A stretch of 63,756 nucleotides of DNA, the filler included, from Rhabdomonas costata (taxonomy: Eukaryota), in the NCBI GenBank assembly GCA_019059605.1. It is 48 parts of 48 records of this genome, joined end to end, with 100 filler letters (N's around TTAATTAATTAA, not from the genome) between each part and the next. Parts side by side here need not be neighbours in the genome. Positions count along the whole stretch, not along the records: positions 1 to 1,232 come from JAHMHO010022648.1; positions 1,333 to 2,564 come from JAHMHO010022649.1; positions 2,665 to 3,896 come from JAHMHO010022650.1; positions 3,997 to 5,228 come from JAHMHO010022651.1; positions 5,329 to 6,560 come from JAHMHO010022652.1; positions 6,661 to 7,892 come from JAHMHO010022653.1; positions 7,993 to 9,223 come from JAHMHO010022654.1; positions 9,324 to 10,554 come from JAHMHO010022655.1; 40 more parts are not named here. The stretch is one strand, 5' to 3'. The position numbers and the translations under genes are program-made. Positions 1-11,491 of this stretch are shown here, piece after piece; the stretch's first letter is position 1, and the number at the start of each line of letters is the position of its first letter. The notes under the pieces were generated by a model. That model was not told the origin of the DNA. It saw nothing but the letters and a program-made list of their open reading frames with translations, and searched no databases.

Positions 1-1178
1 GTGGGGGGTGGCCATGCTGTGCGACCAGCGCGCTTTTGCGCAGGTTGAGCCCCTCGTGGTAGGGCATCTGGTGGACATTGTGCCCCCAAGCGAGGGCACG
101 GGGCAGCCTGGCCCCGAGGAAGCTTACCACCTCGCCGCCGAGGCAGGCGGCGGTTCTACGAACGAGTGGTTTGTGGGTGTTGTTCCCTGTCCAGGAACAC
201 TTATCCTTTCCCCATTTTGCACACTTTCCTCTGTGGAAACACAAATGGCACCTGTTCCGTTGAAGGCCCTTGGTGTACTCCCCCCTCCCCCATGTACCAC
301 TCGATTGTCTGTCTGTCTTTTTTTCTCTTGTGTGTCACGTATGCTTCGCTTCTGTGAATGCAGTGTGTCACGTATGCTTCGCTTTTTAGTTTGCTGTCGA
401 TTGCAACGTGAACCTTTCAGTGAGTAATTTGCGCAAAAATGCGATTGAACTCGTTCTGCTTCTGTTCAAACCGGAGGCTATCAGTGGCAGTCAGATCAAA
501 ATAATCAAAGTGGGGAAAGGGGGTGCACTTTCTCACCGTACCAAATGACCCAGTGCGTTAGATTATCAACATCTCCCGATCCTCTGTCAGATACACCATG
601 AGCCTTTCTGTGTTCCCTCCATCTGGGTCCGTGGTGTATTTGTGTCTTGCGCGGTTTTTGCTTCGTGTAGGATGTACGAGATCGGCGGGAGTCCCGATGA
701 TGCAGCAGTGAAATGGATGGACTCGGTCGCGCAAGTGGCGCGTCAGTTCGCCCGAGGTTGGCTCTGCGTGCCCCTCCCTCGTTCCTAAGAGACCACCAGT
801 TCTAACAAATTCATGTGAAAGTGGATGAGTTGTTGGTAAGCCCCGCCTTCATTGTAAAGGGTCTCTGCCAGGGGGTTACAGAGACGGCCGTCGTTTTTAG
901 ATCCGTGTCGATTCGGCTTTAGTTCAGAGTGAGAGTGCAATTTTGCTGCCTTTTTTAATCATGATCTTTGACCGCTCGAGGGTTCGCCGGACGTCTTCCC
1001 TATGTCACTGCAATCGGCGCTGTGACGGACTCCTATGTTTTCATATTCTGCCGGCACGCGACACGGCACTGCTTCGTGCCTCTGCGTGCGGTGTTACACG
1101 TGGAAAAACTTTTTCTTTTGGGGTGTAGGTGAACTCGCAGCAGGGACCTGCGAGTTCTATCACCGACTTGGCTGCTAG
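1..1178 (+). CDS. Hypothetical protein, last three exons
   Basis: Exons <1-168, 671-756 and 1129-1178 join in phase through GT-AG introns (...STNEW-MYEIGGSPDDAAVKWMDSVAQVARQFARG-ELAAGTCEFYHRLGC*). Confidence 0.6.
330..384 (+). repeat. 22-bp direct repeat within an intron
   Basis: gtgtgtcacgtatgcttcgctt at 330-351 and 363-384. Confidence 0.9.
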
Positions 1179-1232
1179 CGTTCGTATTTTTTTTTTGGTT
1201 TCGTGGACCCTGTGGCTTGCCCCACACACACA

Positions 1233-1332
1233 NNNNNNNNNNNNNNNNNNNNNNNNNNNNNNNNNNNNNNNNNNNNTTAATTAATTAANNNNNNNNNNNN
1301 NNNNNNNNNNNNNNNNNNNNNNNNNNNNNNNN
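1233..1332. other. Artificial contig spacer, first of 47 (N44-TTAATTAATTAA-N44)
   Basis: An identical 100-nt linker with stops in all six frames recurs about every 1.33 kb through the window. Confidence 0.99.
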
Positions 1333-4300
1333 GTGGTGGGTGGTCACAATTATCACATTAGAAAAGCGCCAAACGTCCACCGGCAAAGCTCGAATTGGCA
1401 CACTGTATAAATACGGTTTAAAGCGGTCGTCAAACGTCATTTTGCTGAGGGCATGCGACCGAAAGGCAAGGAAGAGGCAAGACATCGCAGCGTGCGACAG
1501 TTCGTCTTTTGATGTCAATTGGTGCAAACGGAGCCTCTTGACAAACGTCTAACTAACTATTTTCTTTAGATAAATAGCCTGTTTTTCTGCGTGTGGCCAT
1601 GGGTTTTCATGATTGCTTGCCGTGAAGGTTTGGCGCTTTTCTAATGTGATAATTGTGACCACATACACCACCTAAGCGTGCTGTCAACAGGATTTTGTTG
1701 TCTGTTTGCGATGAGATTGTGACGGCGCATACCCTTCATACCCTTCAACTAAGTATGACTGAAAGTGACCAGAAGCCTCCAGAGTCAAAATGGGCACATT
1801 GTTTGAGTTGTCTGCTTGAATGTGAGATGTGCGCCAATGTGCAGCATTGTTTTACTGCTATGCCTGAGATGTGCGGCACTGCATAACGCAACATTGTCTC
1901 ACTGCTGATATGGCTTCGTATGTTGTGCTGTTTTAATGAAGTATTGAGTGAAACATCCAGTTGAATGTTCACATAAGCCATTGGTGGGTAGATGTTGCTG
2001 ATAATATGCTGTGGAAATTCTGTTAATGGCCTAAGATATGTTGCTGGTATGTAGGTGAACTATTTGCAATATTGTTTCGAAGTGTGAATTCTATGATCCA
2101 TAAGAACCCTTCCTTCTCTATAAATCACCACAAAAACGTGCTTTTCGTGTAAAATGTCAGAAAATTTGCTGGTTAAAAACCTATAATTGGATTAATTCAG
2201 ATCTTAACACCGAAGAGAAAAATGAGCACATCTGTATTCTAAATCATGTTTTTTCTACCAAACTATATTTTGAAGCCAAACAGACTGTCTGAGAACTATT
2301 GGTGCATATTTGGATTCGCGAATTTTAAATTCGATCAAAGGGAAAAAGGATCTGATAAAATGTCTTGTTATTATCAAAGTGCAATGAGATGCCTCAGATT
2401 GCAACGGCAGTGTGGCGCATACGCGTTTTGCAACATTAGACATCCCACAAGTAGTTTTGAAAAGACGGAATACGGGTTTCCTTTCAAAAAAAATTTGTCT
2501 GAAAATACGGTCGCTTTTGTATCAAGTTTCCATTGTATGCAACTCAATTTCTGCATGCATTATANNNNNNNNNNNNNNNNNNNNNNNNNNNNNNNNNNNN
2601 NNNNNNNNTTAATTAATTAANNNNNNNNNNNNNNNNNNNNNNNNNNNNNNNNNNNNNNNNNNNNGTGTTGTTGGTCAAGGGTTCGTGAAGTGTTGGGGTG
2701 TCGGCGTGTCTTCGTCTTACCCATAGGTTTCGGTGTCGGTTTCGGGGTTGGGGTTCAGTGACGAACGTAGTGAGAGCGTGGCCGTAAGGCCTCTTCTTCT
2801 TTCTTCACTCCCTGCGGGGCTCTTACACTAATATTACCACTACACCATCAGCACGTAGCGATGAGTCACGCAGTGGGTCATCGCGGAGTAGGAAGTGAAG
2901 GGCATCGCAGATAGAGGCGCAACGTTCCTCCCTCGGTTATGCATTCACCCTCTCTCTCACTCCTCATGTCTGTCAGGGTTGGGAATCGGCATCTTGGCAT
3001 CATGTGTGCTTCGGAGTGCCCTTCCTCCCAACAACCCTGCATCCCTACACGCATCAATGCATCATGGTGGGAGGATGACGACTGAAGCAGAGGGTGTGGC
3101 ATCGGCCCTTGCGCAGCCCTCTGTCTCACTCCCAACCTCCATCACCAGCATCACCAGCATCACGGTTGCAATGAGGGAGTGGCAGTGGAGGAGGTGACAT
3201 TGCGGCTATGCACAGGGTCACTCGTACCACCACCAACACGTGGACACGGTGGTGGAGGGTGTCTGGGGTTGGTGCTACGCTGGGTGGTTGGTGTTAGTGG
3301 TGTTGGTGTCTGCGTGAGTTCTGGGGTGGTGATGGTCGTGACTTCTGGGGTGTTGTGTGTGATTCTTGGGTGGGTCTTTGCCTTCTTGTCTCCGTCGCTG
3401 TCTCTGGGTTCTGTGTCCGCTTTTGTGTCGGGTTCGGTGTTGGTGTCGGGTACTGTTTCGGGTTCGGTGTTGGTGTCGGTCTCAGCAGATGTCCCTAGGG
3501 ATATCTATTCTGGAGTTGGTCCAATGCTTATGGCCAAGGCACACCGTCCGCACCCTCCGCAGCAAGAACACAAACCGTCACACACCCCAGCTCCAGAGAC
3601 ACAGAGACAGCAACCCAACGACACCCTCCACACCCTCCACACCTTCACCCCTGCGCAACACCCATTGCAAGGAACACCACCAGCACCAGCCCACGCATGG
3701 TCCCCAGCCCCACAGCATCCACCACCACCAAGTACACCACCAAGACCACGCACAACCCACTTCCAACAACCCACAGTAACACAGACGCACTCGACCCCGT
3801 CGCAAACTAACCCGCACCACAAACGCATCCACCGAAGGCCACCAACCATGCAACACCCGACACCAAAGACACTTGTACACCCCCACCCACACCAACNNNN
3901 NNNNNNNNNNNNNNNNNNNNNNNNNNNNNNNNNNNNNNNNTTAATTAATTAANNNNNNNNNNNNNNNNNNNNNNNNNNNNNNNNNNNNNNNNNNNNCTGA
4001 TCTCTCTCCTGGGCAGCTCCTCGGCCTACCACCCCCCACAGACCACCGCAGCGGGAGGCTCTGGGGCAGGCTCTTCGGCAGCCACTCCCAGGAGTGGGCA
4101 ATTCCCAGGTACCTGGGCGTGTGTATGTTTGCGTGTGCTGAACAGTACGCACATCACAAGGGGAGGGTAACTCCATTGTGGTCTGAGGTAGCTGGCCTAA
4201 GAACTTCAGAAGCTGAGCGCGGAAACTTCATTCATATCAATGCCTCGTGGGGGTTCAATGAGCCCTGAAAAGTTTGCGAAAACACTGTTGACGCATTCAG

Positions 4301-6660
4301 TGATCATATCCAGCTGAGCCTTGGCCGGGTGAAGCCTCTTTGGAGACCTGGGTGAGTTGATGGGGTCTTCAGTTGATTGAGTTGCTGCAAGTGGATTGAT
4401 GGGTCAATGGTGGTGTCCTGTCGTTTCCTGAAGTGGCTGGAGTTTGATTGGATGAAGACTGGTTGAGTTGAGACAGGTACAAATGCTACTTGAATTCCCC
4501 AATTTCCCAATATATGCACACCATTAAGTGTCTCTCTACTTCCGGTATCTCTCACTTCCCTCTCTCCCGCTTCGATGACTTTCGAATATAGATGCCTTTT
4601 GTTAAACGATCCGGGGAAAATCTTTCTGGTTGTTGCTCTTGCTTCTTGTTTCTTGTTTTCCTATTCCACCTTCTCCTTTTGTGATGGCTGGCTTTCCGGC
4701 AACCTTGTGTTCCCTGAACTGCACTCCTGGGTCCTCCTTGTACCGTTTTCAGTTTCCTTTCTTCTGTGCCGTTTCCGTTTAAACACCGCCATCCTATACT
4801 GGGCGAAAACGTATTGGCTTGCTGGAGTCAGACGCTCTTCCCCCTTCTGGCTATCGCTTTTTCTCCACTTCCCCTCGCCGGCAAGCTCATCACGCCCTTC
4901 TTCTTCGGTTCTGGTTCGCTGCAAAGAATTGCATCATAAAGTGGCGCCGTTTGATTTTTAATTCCATGTGTTATTTATAATGAACATATTATTGATTTAT
5001 AATGTGCTCTCTTGGTGCTTCTGCCCACAATGCCCTCCTTCTTCTTTTCACACCTCCCGATCTCTGCTTACCACCCTCTTTGCCTGTTAACCCCCCCCCT
5101 TCAGTGTACCCTCGTCAATGGTTACCACTTCCCGCGAACCGCGTATCCTCTACCTCGATTTGTTTCGTTCGGTTTCCTTCATGTATAATGCATTTCTCTC
5201 TCTTTATTTTTTCATTCTTTGAATCGTCNNNNNNNNNNNNNNNNNNNNNNNNNNNNNNNNNNNNNNNNNNNNTTAATTAATTAANNNNNNNNNNNNNNNN
5301 NNNNNNNNNNNNNNNNNNNNNNNNNNNNCTTGAAAATAAGCGAACAGGGAGTTAAAGAAGAAGAGCTTCTCTCTCGGGAAGCCGGAAAGCAACCCCGCTC
5401 GGCAACGCCCGTTCAGTTTCCTCCACTAAAAGGCAGCGTGTGAGGGAAACAAAAATATGCTAAACGTCTAAAAGTTCTTCGATTTAAATCTAAAAGATTC
5501 ATTTCGATCACAGTTGCAATTGTAATAAAAAAATTCTCCGGGAGAATCAAAAGAAGAAGAAGAGGGAGGGATACCTGCACCCATGTCATCCTCTGTTTCC
5601 AACAGTTTCAACCCTATAAAGAGAATCCAAAAAAAAAAATCGGGGAAAGGCAAAGCTTTCGGAATAGCTGGGCCATCAACTGGTTATTGCGCCTGCAGTG
5701 CAGCAGGCGGGGTTCGAACAGAAGCCAGAAGGAAATCCATCCCATCAGTTCAGACTGGCACACGGGTTGCTTGCTCACAGTTACGGAAGAAAGGAACTTC
5801 ACAATTGTCCCTCGGGACGTATGAACGTGGGTGTACGCGGGGCCTTGGGACCCCCGACTGGCGCGATTACAGTACTCTTCAGGGGCGCCCAACCATCCGC
5901 GCTCGTACACCCCCGTCGGCGTGGGTCCACACTCCTTTCCGCGGGGAAAAGATCACGGAAAATCACAGCAAAAAAGGACAAACACACGCACACACACAGG
6001 GCACTCGCATAGAGGCGAGTTGAGGAAAACCGACCCGCGGCAGAACAGCTTGCGAACTCGGGTACCTAACGCAGACATCCCACATTTGTGCAAGAATACC
6101 GACGAAAGCAAGAGGGGAGGAAAGCACGCCACCGGAACTCCCTGCCGAAGTAGGGAGAGCGCAAAACGTCTAACCCACCACTTATGGGGATACTGCTTCG
6201 CTTTGATGAACTGCACCGCCCGGCGAATCGACGCCCGTGAATCCGCCTGTGCCCGGCGCTCGGTAATGGCGTAGCTTCGCCACCAAGCCAGTCAGCAAAC
6301 CCGGCAGTACCCGAGGGGTGCGAGGATCCAGCCTTCCCGGCTACGCAATAACATTATTCCCCCTGCCGATACGCGTCGGTTCGAAAAGCTACCGTGACGT
6401 GAACGGGAACGCCCTGACGGAATAGCAGCGCAACTCGAGACACCGCACTTCCGTCCCAGACTGCTCGAACTCACCGGCATGGCAAGCATCTGCTGCAATG
6501 GCGTTAACATTCATCGCCGATACCGCATCCCTAGACAAACCTACGAAGTAAATACCCCAGNNNNNNNNNNNNNNNNNNNNNNNNNNNNNNNNNNNNNNNN
6601 NNNNTTAATTAATTAANNNNNNNNNNNNNNNNNNNNNNNNNNNNNNNNNNNNNNNNNNNN

Positions 6661-7804
6661 AATGGAGCTCTTGTCCCAGTGCGGTCTGGGGGAGCCCCTT
6701 ACAGAGGGGCACCCGCTTGGAGGAATTGTGGATGAGCTGAGGCAGGCCTGGGAGGCCGAGGTTGCCCTGATCGACTCCGTGTTGCCTCCAAGTCTCTCGC
6801 CTGACGAGAAACAAGACGCCGCCCTGGAAGGGATCGAGCCCGCGTCGTCCTTCCCTGCGGTGATGCTGTGCGAGCTTGCGCAGTCGCAGAAGCTTTGGCA
6901 GAGCCAGCCCAGCGCGATGGCCATGGTATTCTTGGGCGAGATTGGGGACCTCGCGGTAAACCAATCAGAACAAAGCACATATGAGGAGAGAGTGCCGGCT
7001 TGGAGAATGCGCTGCTTAATTTGAGAAGGACCGAAGTGGATGGGAAAACAGAAGAAGAGGCGGAGAGAACACTGGGTCCGTCCTGGCATATTTGTGCTGC
7101 TGCTGTGATCGGCTTTGGACAGTGGACCAGCATGGTGATATTTTTTGTTTGAAAGAGGGGGTGCGTATAAGTGAGATGGCGGTGCGTGCATTGAAAAGGG
7201 GAGAGGGGGAAAAGAAGAATAAGCATGCATTCCCTTGGCAAAACTTCATTTCCCTCGTGCGTGTTCCGTGCCCCTTCCCCGCAGGTACTGAAGCAGTTCA
7301 GCCAGCTTGTGGGCGGGATCGCCGTGGAGTTCGAGGGCGTGGTGCTGAGCCAGGCCCTGGGCGGGGCCTTGGTGGGCTTCCCTTCGGTGGCCCAAGCCGT
7401 GCAATGCGGCCTACAGATCCATTCTCGGATTCTGTGCTGCAGTACCAGCTGTAGCTGGCTGGCAGGGGGTGGCTCCATGGTCTCAGCCACCTCCTTCGAA
7501 TCTCGCCTTCCTGTGTCATCGCTCAGCTTTTCACGATTGATCACCCTTTGGAGGTCTTGTGGCTTTTGTCCAAACCCACTGCTATGCGGCTGATGCTTTC
7601 TCAGACAGCCATTCCTCCCCACCCAGTGCATACACCCTCGCAAATTCTCTCTTTCTTTTCCGTTCGGCACAGGCGCTACACTCTCTGCGGAGATCGTTGC
7701 GGGCGAAGGTTTGGGTGGGTGATACCTCCTCCCTCGCTGTGCCAGGAGGAGGCCTGAGTGCTGCCGTGGGCGGAGCGGTGGCGATGCCTGTGGCTATGCA
7801 CGAG
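6661..7804 (+). CDS. Protein with a degenerate class III nucleotidyl-cyclase-like domain (partial)
   Basis: Exons <6661-6925, 7285-~7479 and ~7674-7804 give MLCELAQSQKLWQSQPSAMAM-VLKQFSQLVGGIAVEFEGVVLSQALGGALVGFPSVAQAVQCGLQIH. This parallels the FTDIxxSTxLW..P..M...EVKTxGDSFM.AF.S...AV pattern of protist adenylyl cyclases. Later exon borders are uncertain. Confidence 0.55.
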
Positions 7805-8350
7805 GCATGTGTTCCTCGCCTCGCTCTTCACATTTTTCACCCATGCCGTCGACGCTCACATGGCCCTTTGCAATTATTCAACCAACCCCACCNNNNNNNN
7901 NNNNNNNNNNNNNNNNNNNNNNNNNNNNNNNNNNNNTTAATTAATTAANNNNNNNNNNNNNNNNNNNNNNNNNNNNNNNNNNNNNNNNNNNNGTTTTTGG
8001 GGCGCGCTCCACGTTTAAAACACGTTTCGCACACAAGTAGAAGAAGTGGTCAAAAGCAAATAAGGCCGAGTTTAACGAAGCGTGAAGCGATTATCTGCCT
8101 CGCTTGAGCGGTCGCACCGGGCTTCCGACAAAATAATGGAGCAGGAGTGGTCACGTCGCGGCACGTTGCGGCAACACACAGGGCTGGTGGGTCAGGTCAG
8201 GACCAAACATGCGCGTGGGTAGGTTCCAAAACGTGCACCCAGCGCAGACTTTTTAGGCAACCGAACGCAAACATTTTGCAATGGCCGCGGATCAGCACAT
8301 TTCGCAGGGCCACAGACCGGAGACGATCACACTCGGCCTCTTCTGCATAC

Positions 8351-9170
8351 CCGACGACAAGTCCGCCCCCATCACACGGCTGTGATGTGGAAGCACCGTG
8401 AGCAGTTGAAAGGTCTTCGGGTCCCAAAGCTTGCTGGTCTGGTCATGGGAGGAGGAGAGAAGGTACTGCCCCTGTGATGGCTGAAGGCACACGGAAGCAA
8501 ACAGCTGGAAAACGGTAACAAGGAAAGAAACATTCCTGAATGCAATCACTGGTCCGATTAAAAGAAAAGGCCCCTCCGATGAGTCGCCATTTATCCACAC
8601 CGCTTTTATAAAAAGCATGTCACAGAAGTGCACGCCATAACACACTTCGGGAGATGCAGATGGATTTGGTTTTCGTGGTGAGCTTGTTTTTCGATTCCGA
8701 CCTTTGTATTTTTCCACAATAGATGCCATTTTACGAACGCGTAACGTAAACAAGGGCAAGGGCAAGGGCAAGGGCATCCGTGTCCCATTGTGTCGGAAGC
8801 ACACCATTCCTCTACAGGGGGTCAAGGCAGAACGGCAATGCAGACTTCACAAAGCGCTAACCAAAGGAGGTCAATGCGGGGTGGGTGGGGGCCATACAGA
8901 CCAAATGCGGTTGTGATTTCTGCGACCCTCTGTGTGTGTGGATGTGAGGTGAATAACAGCAGATGAGCGTATGAGAAGCCCACCTTGACCGGAGCCCCCG
9001 AAGTGGAAATGAGTCCGGAGAGAAAAATACCCCGGCCGCACCCACACGCAGAGAGAGAGGGAGGGAGGGAAGGAGGGAGGCAGACAGGAGACCTCGTAGC
9101 GCACGCAATTGACAATGCTGGAGTGCGCCGCGATGGTGTACAGGTTCTTCTTTTTGCGCAGATCCCAAAC
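8351..9170 (-). CDS. PRPF4: U4/U6 snRNP WD40 protein Prp4, C-terminal WD repeats (partial)
   Basis: Exons 9170-9093 (VWDLRKKKNLYTIAAHSSIVNCVRYE) and 8480-8351 (PSQGQYLLSSSHDQTSKLWDPKTFQLLTVLPHHSRVMGADLSS) with a GT-AG intron; matches the Prp4 pattern VWDLR...YTIPAH...V.FEP..G.FL....D.T.K.W....H...VMG.D.S. Confidence 0.85.
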
Positions 9171-9940
9171 CTTTTGCGAGCAAAAAACAACAACAACAGA
9201 AACCTCTACGAAAAACACAACCCNNNNNNNNNNNNNNNNNNNNNNNNNNNNNNNNNNNNNNNNNNNNTTAATTAATTAANNNNNNNNNNNNNNNNNNNNN
9301 NNNNNNNNNNNNNNNNNNNNNNNTTGTTTTGGGGAAGGAACAACCTCATCAGGAAACCTCATCATGGGGTTTGGCCATGGGGTTGGCCATGCACGAGCAT
9401 AAACAACGAAGGGCAATGCGTGCGACGGCGGTCGTAACGAATGTCGAAACCATCAAAAACCATTGGTATGGACGCGTTACAGCGCTGCTCTAAATCAAAC
9501 GAAGAGACCATATCTGCAACAGGGCAAAAGTCGCTTTATGGCAACAAGCCCTTCTCGGACGTCGCTCGCCTACGGCTCGCCCCATCCTCCTCGGGGTGCC
9601 CAAACCAAACCAACCCGGTGTGTGGGGAGGCCCACTAACTTAAACCATACATTGCAACGGTCGCGGCGGAGCTCTCTCAACACCCCGCGAAGTGCTGCTT
9701 GTGTTTGACTTGGGGCTGACAGCCGCTCAAGTTCTCCAGACAGAGACGAGCGTTTTATGCCTTCTTACGTCCACTGGGCCACCTGGCGACCGTCCCCTCC
9801 ATTCTTCCAACTGTTTATCTCCCAACACACCTGCCTACCACAGTGGAGTCGTTGTGAACCGTTTTGTGGTCGTATGAAGCACTGTCAAATCACTCTGCCG
9901 AAAAGCATCCCGGAAAAAACAGTGAAAGAGAACGAGTGAC

Positions 9941-10059
9941 CTGGACGACGTCCGGCTGGAAGGCGGAGCCCATGTGCTTCACTACTTTCACCGTGGAGGC
10001 GTCGACGCGGCTGACAGTGAACTGCGTACCCGTCTTCCCCAGCATCGTCACCACCACCG
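9941..10059 (-). CDS. Internal exon of an unknown protein
   Basis: AG/GT-bounded, GC-rich open exon: VVVTMLGKTGTQFTVSRVDASTVKVVKHMGSAFQPDVVQ. Confidence 0.45.
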
Positions 10060-10769
10060 CTGAGAAAGGGCGAATGAGACAGAGAGAGCATATGGCAAGG
10101 GTGGAAATGCCGAGGCAGAAGTGACCAAACGGGGTCTGCCGGCCCGTCCCTCCCTCCTTCTCTCTGAATGAGACACGAAGGTGTTCTTTGTGGGATCAGA
10201 AAGACTCACCGCAAAACACAAGCACCGAGGATGTGGGAGAGTGCGAAGACAATGAAGTCCTAGAAGAACTGCGCGCCTGAAACAACAAATTGAGATCACA
10301 CCAAAGCCCACTTTCCGACTTCTGCACAGCGGATAGCAGCAAAGGGTGGGCTGTTGGGTTTGGAGCAATGGGGACCCCCCCCTTAAAGAGTGCTTTCTTT
10401 TCTCAGTAAGACATTCAAATTTTAGAGCAGAAAAGCGATAACAAAGCCACCACAAGGGCTGAAGGAGCCACACAGCAGCAACGGTGACAACCCATGAAAC
10501 TGCCTGGGTGGCTTAGTCCAACATTCTTAAACACATGCAAGCACCCCACCCAACNNNNNNNNNNNNNNNNNNNNNNNNNNNNNNNNNNNNNNNNNNNNTT
10601 AATTAATTAANNNNNNNNNNNNNNNNNNNNNNNNNNNNNNNNNNNNNNNNNNNNTTTTTTGTTTAAATTATTGCCTTTCCCTTCGTCCAAACTGCGAATA
10701 CTGCTGTATTGCTGTGAACCTTTTCACCTGTGACTCCACAACGGTAGCTCCGAAGCATAACCCCAATAC

Positions 10770-11491
10770 CGTTTCACATTTGAAGAACTCGGCGATGGAC
10801 TCCTCCGAAGCGTAGGGCACCACGTTTCCCGCAAACAGGGTATACGGTGGCTTGTCAGGGAGTGCCTTCTGGCCCTCATCCGCAAAGGGACGCTGCTGGA
10901 AGGCTGAGAGGGGCAAACACCGCAATTTCTCACAAATTGAGGGTGACACAAGGAACAATCAAACCTTGTCTATGCAACAGAGAGGGCAGGGAAGGGGGAG
11001 GGGGGAGAGGTAAAGTCGATAGGAAAAGGGAGAAGAAAGAAGAGCAAGCCCGGAGGACTTTCGGCACAAATCCGGGACAGAGGCATGGAAAAGACCATAA
11101 AAGAGCAAAAAAAAAAAAAAAAGACACAGGCGCGAAGCATATGGAAGGAGAGGGCACGGGGTGGTGTGAGCGTGGCGGTGGCTGCGGCAACGCATAATTT
11201 AATTGTAGAGAGGGAGGGGGCAAAGCGCACGACCAACGGGAGGAGAGGGCAAGGGAGGTTGGAGAAGATGGTGCCAAAGGGTAAACCACTGGTTTCAAGG
11301 CACCGCGCATAAAAATGGGATCGCACATAAGAAGAGCGAGAGCTGCAGTGGCATACGTCGTCGCGACTCCCCGGCATCGCCAAAAAGATCGCCTTCGTCG
11401 TCAGCCCAGTTCGTGATGGGCTTTTGCAGGTCAAGAAACTCGCTCAAGTTCTGCTTGGTTCCTTTCTTCTTCTTGCCCCCGCCCTTCTTCG
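10770..11491 (-). CDS. EIF4B: Translation initiation factor eIF4B-like RRM protein (N-terminal part)
   Basis: Exons 11491-11357 (KKGGGKKKKGTKQNLSEFL...NWADDE) and 10903-10770 (LPDKPPYTLFAGNVVPYASEESIAEFF). The Lys-rich start, WADE-like motif and PPYT..GN RNP2 are typical of eIF4B. Confidence 0.75.

Noticed and set aside
1277-1288. Regularly spaced TTAATTAATTAA as a repeat or CRISPR-like array
   Set aside because: It is a synthetic six-frame stop linker inside N runs.
1340-1662. 35-bp perfect inverted repeat (1340-1374 vs 1628-1662) resembling MITE termini
   Set aside because: The left arm starts right after the G/T tail at the contig start, and the right arm abuts an A/C-rich priming site (atacaccacc). 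No target-site duplication can be seen. Most likely a WGA template-switch chimera.
3179-3952. 257-aa ORF with V/S/G-rich then P/T/H-rich halves
   Set aside because: A by-product of the G/T and A/C compositional skew, which avoids stop codons.
6180-6240. SIRRAVQFIKAKQ (minus strand), reminiscent of an oxidosqualene cyclase QW repeat
   Set aside because: The DGSW part is missing and there are no supporting exons; too short to call.
6699-7670. 323-aa minus-strand ORF
   Set aside because: It lies antisense to the spliced plus-strand cyclase-like gene and has no recognisable motifs.
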